Notes under the pieces: generated by a model
Seen by the model: the letters and a program-made list of their open reading frames with translations, nothing else
Told to the model about the DNA's origin: nothing
Database searches by the model: none
Origin: Lachnospiraceae bacterium
GTDB lineage: Bacteria > Bacillota > Clostridia > Lachnospirales > Lachnospiraceae
Reading direction: 5' to 3'
NCBI GenBank assembly: GCA_017527205.1
Contig: JAFXQK010000005.1
Span: 1,180-65,179, forward strand
Length of the DNA stretch: 64,000 bases
In this document: one piece after another, positions 35,988 through 44,808 of the stretch
How positions within the stretch are numbered: position 1 is the first letter of the stretch
Layout: every line of letters begins with the position of its first letter
Made by a program: the position numbers and the translations under genes

Positions 35988-37133
35988 CTATTGTTGGGCG
36001 TGCTGACTAGGTTCAAAGCCCCATTTTTTCACGGTTTCACTTTCGTCCGTGAGACCAACGTAGTATGCCGTCACGTCCGTAATTTCCTGTGCAATGCTAT
36101 GATATAAATAATTTCCCGTCTTAGGATCCCAGGTGATTCGCATGATGTCATTTAAGCCGTTTTTGTCAATCTGTTTGACATAATCCTTTGTGATGCCGTA
36201 TTCCAGACGATAGTTGGAGTAAATGTCCGTCCAATAGATGTCCGGTGCTCCAAAGGTATGAAGCATTTCATGCGCAAATACGGACGGCGGCGTTTCGCGA
36301 TCGTTCTGGTTCATCTGAATGTAACAGATTTCATAAGGATATTCCATTCCAAGGTAAAAATTTCTGGTGCAGGAAGGCCCGTTCATGTCAGCTGGAGAGT
36401 TCGCATATACCATATAAATGACGCTGTCGGCCTGATATCGTTTGCGGATGCCTTCACTGTCAACATTCTGCTCGATGAACGTCCAAATCATTTGATCAAT
36501 GGTGCCATAGTCATACAGCACGTTGGCAAGATTTACTGCTTTGAGATCGGCTTCATAATAGAGCTCAGAATGCTCCATCCAATCCCATAGGAAGCTGACG
36601 GTCTTATCGTATTTCGCACTTTCCGTCGTAAGAAAGTCGCAGGCCAGCCTTAAGTCATAATAGGCGCGGCTGTTTCTTGCGCGATTCTTCTGGTCCGTAG
36701 CATCCCAGGTGCCAAACTGGTCATCCGCAAAGATGGAGACGACGGCAATGGTTCCCTCCAGCCTTCCGGCGGAGCCGTGAGGATAGCGCTCTGGCCAGTC
36801 TTCAGGCGCGGGATAGCCCTCCTGATGAAAAGGATATTCCTCGGAGGTCTCTTCATAGTAGGGATCAAACTCCGTGTGCTCTTCTCCGGGCGACATGGAG
36901 GAGTCCGTCGACGCGCTCACAACCTCTGAAGCGTTACTCTCGATACCTCCTGAGCTTTCCGTACTGGTTGAGTTTTCATTGCGCTTTGCGCTTTCTTCCG
37001 TGGAGGCTGTAGCTTCTGCCTCCCAAGGCAATGCCGTGGTGGCATCCTCGAAGCTCCCCTGATCGCTACAGGAGGAAAGCATTAAGAGAAGAGCAATGCA
37101 GGATATGACGATTCTTATTCTTTTCATAACCAC
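35988..37133 (-). CDS. Lipoprotein with zincin metallopeptidase motif
   Basis: Lipobox LSSC, S/T/E-rich linker, HEMLHTFGAPD (HExxHxxGxxD). Confidence 0.65.
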   Translation of the reverse strand: MVMKRIRIVISCIALLLMLSSCSDQGSFEDATTALPWEAEATASTEESAKRNENSTSTESSGGIESNASEVVSASTDSSMSPGEEHTEFDPYYEETSEEYPFHQEGYPAPEDWPERYPHGSAGRLEGTIAVVSIFADDQFGTWDATDQKNRARNSRAYYDLRLACDFLTTESAKYDKTVSFLWDWMEHSELYYEADLKAVNLANVLYDYGTIDQMIWTFIEQNVDSEGIRKRYQADSVIYMVYANSPADMNGPSCTRNFYLGMEYPYEICYIQMNQNDRETPPSVFAHEMLHTFGAPDIYWTDIYSNYRLEYGITKDYVKQIDKNGLNDIMRITWDPKTGNYLYHSIAQEITDVTAYYVGLTDESETVKKWGFEPSQHAQQ

Positions 37134-37247
37134 CCCTTAATTCCCTTTCTCCCTTTTTTAAGATGTTTCTTGCGCGGACTACCTGGATTCCCTTTCGGAG
37201 TAGTGGTGTTTCAGATATTACCGATAAAGTCCTTCCATATCTTGCCA

Positions 37248-38702
37248 TTACTTCAGTACGTTCAGGTTTTGGATCGTGGGATCCTCGGGCCCCGTCATTT
37301 GGCAGCCCTTTTCATGTGCGTATTGGATATAGCGCAGGATGTCGGCCGTGATCTTTTCTCCGGGAGCCAAAATCGGGATTCCGGGAGGATAACACATCAC
37401 GAACTCACTGCAGACCCTGCCGTCCGTCTGATCGATCGGAAGGCTTTCCTTCTCCGCATAGAAGGCTTCCTGCGGGGAGGCCACGACGATGGGATCAATA
37501 TATTCCTGCGTGAGCAAGCCGCTCTTAGAGCGCTTATTGAGTCTGCGGATCTCAGCGAGAGCGGAGCAGAGACGCTCCACCTCCTGGAAACGGTCACCAA
37601 TGGAGAGGTAGGCAAGAATATTGCCCAGATCACCAAATTCAATCTGTATGTCATAATCATCTCTCAGCGCGTCATACACCTCAATGCCGGCCATGCCGAT
37701 GTCTAGCGTATGGACGCTGAGCTTTGTCGGGTCAAAATCATAAATGCTGTCGCCGTTGACAAGCTCCCTGCCGAAGGCGTAGTAGTCGCCGATGGCATTG
37801 ATCTCATTGCGCGCATATTCAGCAAGATCCTTGACCTGCGCAAAGATTTCGCGGCCGTGGAGCGCAAGCTTTCTGCGGCTGATGTCGAGACTGCTCATCA
37901 ACAGGTAGCTTCCGCTGGTGGTCTGCGTCAGGTTGATGATCTGACGGGCGTAACCCGCATGAACCTGGGGCCCAATCAGGAAGAAGCTGGACTGGGTAAG
38001 GCTTCCACCGCTCTTATGCATGGAGACGGCCGCCATGTCCGCCCCTGCCGCCATGGCGGAGAGAGGGAAGTTGTTTCCAAAATAGAAGTGCGTGCCATGG
38101 GCTTCATCCGCAAGGCAGAGCATGCCTGCCTGATGCGCCATGTCAACGATGGCTTTTAAATCACTGCAAATACCATAATAGGTCGGGTTATTGACCAAAA
38201 CGGCAACGGCATTCGGATGCTCCTTGATGGCCTTGGCAACCTGTTCGCGCTTCATGCCAAGGGAAATGCCAAGTCGCTTGTCCACCTCAGGATTGACGTA
38301 AACGGGAATCGCGCCATTTAATACAAGGGCATTGATGACGCTGCGATGGACGTTTCTGGGCAGGATGATTTCCTGACCGCGCTTCGTCGCCGTCAGAACC
38401 ATGCTCTGAACCGCACTGGTCGTACCGCCCACCATCAAAAAGGCCTCCGCGGCGCCAAAGGCGTCTGCGGCAAGCATTTCCGCCTCACGGATGACGGAGA
38501 CGGGATGGCAGAGATTGTCCAAGGGTTTCATGCTGTTTACGTCAACGCCGACGCATTGCTGCCCAAGAAATGCCGCAAGCTCTGGGTTGCCACGGCCATG
38601 CTTATGGCCAGGAACGTCGAAGGGTACGACGCGAGCCTGACGAAATCTTTCCAAGGCTTCATAGATGGGTGCTTTTGTCTGGTCAAGTTTTGTCCGATTC
38701 AT
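37248..38702 (-). CDS. speA: Orn/Lys/Arg decarboxylase (likely arginine decarboxylase from context)
   Basis: FDVPGHK, GGTTSAV, PRNVHRS, DEAHG, SMHKSGGSLTQS, TTSGSYLLMSSLD, YPPGIP. Confidence 0.88.
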   Translation of the reverse strand: MNRTKLDQTKAPIYEALERFRQARVVPFDVPGHKHGRGNPELAAFLGQQCVGVDVNSMKPLDNLCHPVSVIREAEMLAADAFGAAEAFLMVGGTTSAVQSMVLTATKRGQEIILPRNVHRSVINALVLNGAIPVYVNPEVDKRLGISLGMKREQVAKAIKEHPNAVAVLVNNPTYYGICSDLKAIVDMAHQAGMLCLADEAHGTHFYFGNNFPLSAMAAGADMAAVSMHKSGGSLTQSSFFLIGPQVHAGYARQIINLTQTTSGSYLLMSSLDISRRKLALHGREIFAQVKDLAEYARNEINAIGDYYAFGRELVNGDSIYDFDPTKLSVHTLDIGMAGIEVYDALRDDYDIQIEFGDLGNILAYLSIGDRFQEVERLCSALAEIRRLNKRSKSGLLTQEYIDPIVVASPQEAFYAEKESLPIDQTDGRVCSEFVMCYPPGIPILAPGEKITADILRYIQYAHEKGCQMTGPEDPTIQNLNVLK

Positions 38703-38724
38703 GGTAAGTGCCTTTCTGGCTTTC

Positions 38725-38760
38725 AAATAAAAACCCGCCACGGCGCAAATCCGTGACGGG
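38725..38760 (-). terminator. Terminator-like hairpin in the speA 5' leader
   Basis: On the minus strand CCCGUCACGG/CCGUGGCGGG (10 bp including one G-U) followed by UUUUUAUUU, ending 22 nt before the ATG. Confidence 0.6.
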
Positions 38761-39204
38761 CTTGTTTTTTTCTTCAAAAACTTAGGCGCGCTAGGGGAAT
38801 TTCTTCCTCTGATAAGGCGTGCATGCATATGCAATGTTTCTGGATAGGGCTTTCGAGAGTCTTTCCTGCAATAAAAACTGCGTTACTCTTATTGACCGTT
38901 TCACAAGCCAGCGCGGATGCGCTATTTCGGTTTTAAGAAACCAACTTATAAAATTAGTTATTTCCCTAAGAAAGAATGCCTTGCGGGAAATATTTCAATA
39001 ATCATTTTAATGCATCGTAAGACTTTCAAAAAGCTTAACTAGGTGCATTCTAACATGGAGAGGGGGAAATGTCAATATAGTACATTCAGGCCACAATTTT
39101 CTACATTTCTTTTTTTCCTTCCTAAGGCTAAAATGGGTATAACAAAAATGTTAGCAACTGAACAATTAACCTGCTTGCGACTTAGGAGGCGTAGTTCATC
39201 AGAG

Positions 39205-41109
39205 ATGGAGAGAGAGCATCATTCAAAGATCAAATTTATTTTCGAGAACATGAAGGGGTATCGGCTCCTTTACGTAATCACGCTGATCGGTGCGGTCAGC
39301 TATAACGCGCTGCAGCTCGTGGTTCCGCACTTTACGCAGAGAATTCTCGACGAATTCCTGATCGGGGAAAAGGCGAGGGAAAACCTTGCTGCCCATAAGG
39401 AGCTGTTGTATCAGCTGATCATTGCCATGATTTTGCTGACGTTGCTTCGAACGACCATCGTATATCTGACCTGTATGGGTTCAGAGGTGGTATCACAGAA
39501 GGTCCTTTTCCGTATCAGAAATCATTTGTTCCGCAAAATTGAGACGCAGGACATGAATTTCTATGGCAAGTATCGCACGGGCGACCTGATGACCCGCGTG
39601 ACGGGAGACCTTGACGCGATCCGCCACATGATCGCATGGGTCATTCGAACCATCGTGGAGTCCCTCTCCCTGATGATGGCCGTGGCCATTTACTTCTTCT
39701 ATATGAGCTGGCAGCTGACGCTTTGCCTGTTTGCCATCGCCCCCTTCATTCTGATCATCGTCATTTTGTTTAAGAATAAGGTGGGACCGAGGCACAGAGA
39801 GCTCCGTGAGAAAATGGCGCAGATGAATACGGCGGCGCAGGAGAATATCTCCGGAAACCGCGTGGTCAAGGCCTTTGCCCGCGAGGATTACGAGATTGAC
39901 AAGTTCGACAAGTGCAATCAGGACTACATGCAGATGAACCGTAAGACGGCCATGACCTGGCTGACCTACTTCCCCTACGTGGAGGCCTTTGCAAACCTGA
40001 TGCCGATCGTGCTCCTTGTCGTGGGCGGCATCTTCATCATGAAGGAGCAGATCACCATGGGTCAGTATGTGGCATTTTCCGGTTTGATCTGGGCCATTGC
40101 AAACCCCATGAGAATGCTTGGCAACATCATGAACGAGTTCCAGCGCTTCTCGGCTGCCTCCTACAAGGTCATGGAGATTTATTATTCGGAGCCTGAGATT
40201 GTGGACCTCCCGGATGCCATTGATCATCCGGACCGTCTGCAGGGCAAGGTTGAGTTTAAGAACGTCAGCTTCCGTTATGCCGACGGAAAGTATCCCGTGC
40301 TGCATGACGTAAGCTTTACGGTGGAGCCCGGTCAGACCGTTGCCATCATGGGTGAGACGGGCTGCGGCAAGACGACGCTGATCCACCTGATCCCGAGATT
40401 TTTTGAACCCACGGAGGGGCATGTCTACGTGGATGGCGTGGACGTGCGGAAGTATAAGCTCCATCAGCTCAGGAGGAACATTGGACTGGCTACGCAGGAC
40501 GTGCTTCTGTACTCGGATACGATTGACAGCAACATTGCCTACGGAGACTCCGAGCTTTCAAAGGAGGACGTAGAAAAGTTTGCAAGATATTCCGCGGCGG
40601 CAGATTTCATTGCGAAGATGCCGGAGCGTTATCAAACCATCGTCGGAGAAAGGGGCGTAGGCCTTTCCGGCGGACAAAAGCAGAGGATTTCCCTCGCAAG
40701 AGCCCTTGCGGTAAAGCCGTCCATCCTGATTTTGGATGATACGACCTCCGCGGTGGACATGGAGACGGAGAAGCAGATTCAGCACAGCCTGCGCTCGCTG
40801 GATTTCCCCTGCACCAAGATTATTATTGCACAGAGAATTTCGACCACAAAATCCGCAGACAAGATCCTTGTCATTCAGGACGGAAGGATCGCCGAGAGCG
40901 GTACGCATGACGAGCTGGTTGCACGGGATGGCTATTATGCAAGCCTGGTAAAGCTTCAGATGGGTGAGGATGCCGTCATTCGTTCTGAGGTGGAAAGCCT
41001 CGCAAAGGAGAGCTACACTGAAAATGCAGGAGCCATGGCCGAGGGCATGGCTAAATCCTACCACACGGGAAAAACGCAGGAGCAGGATGGAAAGGAGGGA
41101 GAACAGTAA
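39205..41109 (+). CDS. ABC exporter, ATP-binding/permease subunit
   Basis: TM domain (TGDLMTRVTGD), Walker A GETGCGKTT, signature LSGGQKQRISLARAL, ILDD. Confidence 0.95.
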   Translation: MEREHHSKIKFIFENMKGYRLLYVITLIGAVSYNALQLVVPHFTQRILDEFLIGEKARENLAAHKELLYQLIIAMILLTLLRTTIVYLTCMGSEVVSQKVLFRIRNHLFRKIETQDMNFYGKYRTGDLMTRVTGDLDAIRHMIAWVIRTIVESLSLMMAVAIYFFYMSWQLTLCLFAIAPFILIIVILFKNKVGPRHRELREKMAQMNTAAQENISGNRVVKAFAREDYEIDKFDKCNQDYMQMNRKTAMTWLTYFPYVEAFANLMPIVLLVVGGIFIMKEQITMGQYVAFSGLIWAIANPMRMLGNIMNEFQRFSAASYKVMEIYYSEPEIVDLPDAIDHPDRLQGKVEFKNVSFRYADGKYPVLHDVSFTVEPGQTVAIMGETGCGKTTLIHLIPRFFEPTEGHVYVDGVDVRKYKLHQLRRNIGLATQDVLLYSDTIDSNIAYGDSELSKEDVEKFARYSAAADFIAKMPERYQTIVGERGVGLSGGQKQRISLARALAVKPSILILDDTTSAVDMETEKQIQHSLRSLDFPCTKIIIAQRISTTKSADKILVIQDGRIAESGTHDELVARDGYYASLVKLQMGEDAVIRSEVESLAKESYTENAGAMAEGMAKSYHTGKTQEQDGKEGEQ

Positions 41110-42887
41110 TGGCAAGAAGAAATACTTATAAAGAAGACGAAATACTGGAAACTCCCTTTGAGTTTAAGCATCTCATCAGAGCTTCCGTCTATATCAAGAA
41201 ATATACGGGAAAGATGGTGCTGGCACTGCTTCTGAGTGCCATCGGCGGCATTATGGGACTGTTCTCCCCGAAGCTCACGCAGTATGCGCTTGACAACGCC
41301 ATTCCCAACAAGGATACCAAGCAGCTGTATCTGCTGGCAGGACTCTTGATTTTGACCTTTATCATCGGCGTAACCTTCACCACGATTCGTTCCAGAATCA
41401 TGGTCGGCGTCAGCCAAAAGATCATTTATGACATCCGTAAGGACGTGTTTGAGCACCTGCAAAAGCTCTCATTCCAGTATTATGACGACAGACCGCACGG
41501 CAAGATTTTGATCCGCGTGGTAAACTACGTGAACTCCGTGTCCGACATGCTTTCCAATGGACTGATCAACGTCGTTCTCGAGAGCATGAACCTGATCTTT
41601 ATCGTAGTGTTCATGCTGTTGACGGACGTAAAGCTCTCCTTGGTTGTCTTGGCGGGCGTGCCCATCCTGATGGTGTTCCTGTTCTGGATTAAGCAGAAGC
41701 AGAGAAAGGCATGGCAGATGGTTTCGAACAAGAACTCGAACCTGAATGCGTACCTTCAGGAGAACATCGTTGGCGCCAGAATCACGCAGATCTTTGCAAG
41801 AGAAGAGGAGAATGCACAGACCTTCGAAATGCTTTCCGACAACTGCCGCAAGACGTGGATGAAGGCCGTGAGCTACAACAACCTTGTCTGGCCCGGCATC
41901 GACAGCATTTCCGTCTTCGTGCGCGCCGCCATCTTTATCTTCGGACTGGTGGTATTTGGTGAAAATACAAGCCTTGGCGTAATCTTTGCCATCTCCTCCT
42001 ATGCGTCGAGATTCTGGCAGCCCATCATGAGCCTTGGCAACATTTTTAACAACTTCCTGAATAACATCGCTTATCTGGAGCGTATTTTTGAAACCCTCGA
42101 CGAGCCCGTGAAGGTTGCGGACGAGGAGGGCGCAACGCAGATGCCTCCCATCAAGGGGCAGGTGACCTTCGAGCACGTAGACTTTAGCTATGAGGCAGGA
42201 AAGCCCGTCCTCAAGGATCTTTCCTTCTCCGTGGAGCCTGGTGAGAGCGTGGCCCTGGTTGGACCGACTGGCGCAGGCAAGAGTACCATTGTAAACCTGA
42301 TCTCCAGATTCTATAACCTAAACGGCGGCAGGGTGCTCATCGATGGACAGGACATCTCTAAGGTGACGCTGAAATCCTTACGGTCCCAGATGGGCATCAT
42401 GCTGCAGGACAGCTTTATCTTCTCCGGCACCATCGAGGACAACATCCGCTATGGAAAGCTCGATGCCACGGAGGAGGAGATTAAGGAAGCCAGCAAGCTG
42501 GTTTGCGCGGATGAGTTTATTCAGCGCTTCCCGGATGCCTATAAGACGGAGGTAAAGGAGCGAGGCTCTCTATTGTCTCAGGGCCAAAAGCAGCTGATTT
42601 CCTTTGCAAGAACGCTGTTGTCGAACCCGTCCATTCTTGTATTGGATGAGGCAACCTCCAGCATTGACGTGCAGACGGAGCGGGCACTGCAGCAGGGCCT
42701 GAATGCCATGCTGAAGGGCAGAACGAGCTTTATCATTGCTCACCGCCTGTCTACGATTAAAAACTGTGACAAGATCATGTACGTGGATCAGGGCGGCATC
42801 GTGGAATGCGGAACGCACATGGAACTGATGGCGAAGAAGGGATACTATTATCGCCTGTATACGGCGCAGATGGAGGACATCGCATAG
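41109..42887 (+). CDS. ABC exporter, ATP-binding/permease subunit (heterodimer partner)
   Basis: GPTGAGKST, LSQGQKQLISFAR, LDEATSS, IAHRLSTI. Confidence 0.95.
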   Translation: MARRNTYKEDEILETPFEFKHLIRASVYIKKYTGKMVLALLLSAIGGIMGLFSPKLTQYALDNAIPNKDTKQLYLLAGLLILTFIIGVTFTTIRSRIMVGVSQKIIYDIRKDVFEHLQKLSFQYYDDRPHGKILIRVVNYVNSVSDMLSNGLINVVLESMNLIFIVVFMLLTDVKLSLVVLAGVPILMVFLFWIKQKQRKAWQMVSNKNSNLNAYLQENIVGARITQIFAREEENAQTFEMLSDNCRKTWMKAVSYNNLVWPGIDSISVFVRAAIFIFGLVVFGENTSLGVIFAISSYASRFWQPIMSLGNIFNNFLNNIAYLERIFETLDEPVKVADEEGATQMPPIKGQVTFEHVDFSYEAGKPVLKDLSFSVEPGESVALVGPTGAGKSTIVNLISRFYNLNGGRVLIDGQDISKVTLKSLRSQMGIMLQDSFIFSGTIEDNIRYGKLDATEEEIKEASKLVCADEFIQRFPDAYKTEVKERGSLLSQGQKQLISFARTLLSNPSILVLDEATSSIDVQTERALQQGLNAMLKGRTSFIIAHRLSTIKNCDKIMYVDQGGIVECGTHMELMAKKGYYYRLYTAQMEDIA

Positions 42888-42991
42888 GCGCCAACAAACA
42901 CATTTACTCTTCAAGATTTCATAAAACTCTTTCCAATCGGATGGCGCCCTCGTGGCGCCATTTGATTATTTAAAATGATTATATCTGCAGA

Positions 42992-43136
42992 ACTCGGGGC
43001 TATGTTTGATATTCTCTCTCAGGCACGTTCGCACTATGGGTCCAGCGTAGCGGTACTAAGGCGTCAAAATACGCCGCCTAAGTACCGACGCTTGGGACAC
43101 ATGCCTGAGAGAGAACATTCAAACAGCCCCTCGGGT
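42992..43136. repeat. Long intergenic imperfect palindrome, copy 2 of the CTCGGGG...CCCCTCGRG family
   Basis: ACTCGGGGCT...AGCCCCTCGGGT ends; perfect TTCTCTCTCAGGCA/TGCCTGAGAGAGAA; inner CGGTACTAAGGCG/CGCCTAAGTACCG. Confidence 0.8.
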
Positions 43137-43301
43137 ATATGGACAATCGATAATCATCATGTTAAAGGAAAAACTGTAAATATATCAAATGACTGTTGGG
43201 TAAGATGAATTAGGCTTGAAATGAAATGATGTTTATGGTAAGCTAGGAAAGGAAGTGGCGCAAAAAGGCTACGGATGGCAGGAAGATCGGAGGAGAGAGG
43301 C

Positions 43302-43988
43302 GTGGAGCAGTATAAGCAGGAGTTTATTGAGTTTATGGTAGATTGCGGGGTTTTGAAGTTCGGCGAATTTACGCTGAAGAGTGGAAGAAAGTCCCCGTTT
43401 TTTATGAATGCCGGCGGATATGTGACGGGCAGTCAGCTGATGAAGCTTGGCGAGTATTATGCGAAGGCAATTCATGACAAGTATGGGGATGATTTTGACC
43501 TGTTGTTCGGACCGGCCTATAAGGGAATTCCCATCAGCGTTGCAACCTCGATTGCTTTCAGCAAGCTCTATGGCAAGGAGATTCGTTATTGCTCCGACCG
43601 CAAGGAGGAGAAGGATCACGGCGCCGACAAGGGAAGCTTTCTTGGAAGCAAGCCCAAGGACGGCGACCGCGTGGTCATGATTGAGGACGTGACGACCTCC
43701 GGTAAATCCATGGAGGAGACGGTTCCGAAGGTAAAGGGTGCAGCGAACGTTACCATTATTGGTCTGATGGTATCCTTAAACCGCATGGAGGTAGGCCTTG
43801 GCGGCGAAAAGAGTGCGCTGGAGGAGATCAAGGAGAAGTACGGTTTTGACGCCAACGCCATCGTTGACATGGCAGAGGTGACGGAGTACCTTTACAACAA
43901 GCCCTATCAGGGAAAGATTTACATTGATGATGAAATCAAGAAAGCCTTGGATGCTTATTATGAGCAGTACGGCTGCAAGAACCGTTAA
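43302..43988 (+). CDS. pyrE: Orotate phosphoribosyltransferase (GTG start)
   Basis: FGEFTLKSGRKSPFF, FGPAYKGIP, DRKEEKDHG, VVMIEDVTTSG. Confidence 0.95.
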   Translation: MEQYKQEFIEFMVDCGVLKFGEFTLKSGRKSPFFMNAGGYVTGSQLMKLGEYYAKAIHDKYGDDFDLLFGPAYKGIPISVATSIAFSKLYGKEIRYCSDRKEEKDHGADKGSFLGSKPKDGDRVVMIEDVTTSGKSMEETVPKVKGAANVTIIGLMVSLNRMEVGLGGEKSALEEIKEKYGFDANAIVDMAEVTEYLYNKPYQGKIYIDDEIKKALDAYYEQYGCKNR

Positions 43989-44076
43989 TACTTTTGCTTG
44001 CATAGACCTTATCGGGGGCATCATAGAGAGATAATGTTTTTGGATAGAAGCTATTTATGAGAAGGAGGAGCATGGC

Positions 44077-44229
44077 ATGGAAGAAAAAGTGTATAAGACC
44101 ATGGGAGGTGCGGGTGCACTGAACATAGTATTAGGGGTACTCATGGTAGTGGTAGGTATTGCTTCAGGAGTTTTACTACTTATCAGTGGGTTCAAATTGA
44201 TCAACAGAAGGTCGAACCTTACGTTTTAA
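44077..44229 (+). CDS. Small membrane protein (50 aa)
   Basis: RBS AAGGAGGAG; MEEKVYKTMGGAGALNIVLGVLMVVVGIASGVLLLISGFKLINRRSNLTF. Confidence 0.7.
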   Translation: MEEKVYKTMGGAGALNIVLGVLMVVVGIASGVLLLISGFKLINRRSNLTF

Positions 44230-44286
44230 GGCTGATACAAAGGCATTTTCCCAAAGACAGGGAAATGCCTTTGTCCGTGTTAGGGA

Positions 44287-44652
44287 ATGGAGCTTGGCAT
44301 GCAAAACAGGAGCGGAAAAAGAAAAGTTGCCGCGCGAATCGGCAGAAGCTATAAGTTTACAAACAAAAGACATCCGGAGAAGGCAATCTTTGCGATTGCA
44401 CTGGGGGTCATCAGTCTGTTCGGGATTTGTGCCGTGATCTATCTCTCGTTTAAGGAGCAGGGCGGGACGAGGCCAGGGTTTGGACTGACGGGGCTGCTTG
44501 CCGTGATTTTTTCCCTGACGGGTGAGATCCTCAGCATCCTGTCCTTTCGGGATCGCGACAGCTTTTACGTGCTCAGCTGGGTCGGGACGATTTTGAATCT
44601 TTTGGTATTGATTGGCGTTGCGCTTTTATTCTCTTGGGGATTACGTGCGTGA
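44287..44652 (+). CDS. DUF6142-like membrane protein
   Basis: YKFTNKRHPEK followed by three TM helices. Confidence 0.65.
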   Translation: MELGMQNRSGKRKVAARIGRSYKFTNKRHPEKAIFAIALGVISLFGICAVIYLSFKEQGGTRPGFGLTGLLAVIFSLTGEILSILSFRDRDSFYVLSWVGTILNLLVLIGVALLFSWGLRA

Positions 44653-44808
44653 GAGGAGATATTCCGGGGCCGTAATGCCCAGGAAGACGGAAAACTTACG
44701 TGGGTGGTAAGGAAGACGAAAAATAGAACCACCTGGGAGCGAGAAAACCGGCGCAGGGGAAACGAGTGCGAGGAACGTCGTAATAGGAATCGGAAGGTGT
44801 AGAAGGAA

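Noticed and set aside
38770-39000. SAM-I or SAM-III riboswitch in the speA leader
   Set aside because: Only short fragments (TTATCAGAG; TTCCCG.AAGG) resemble the consensus; the rest of either aptamer is missing.
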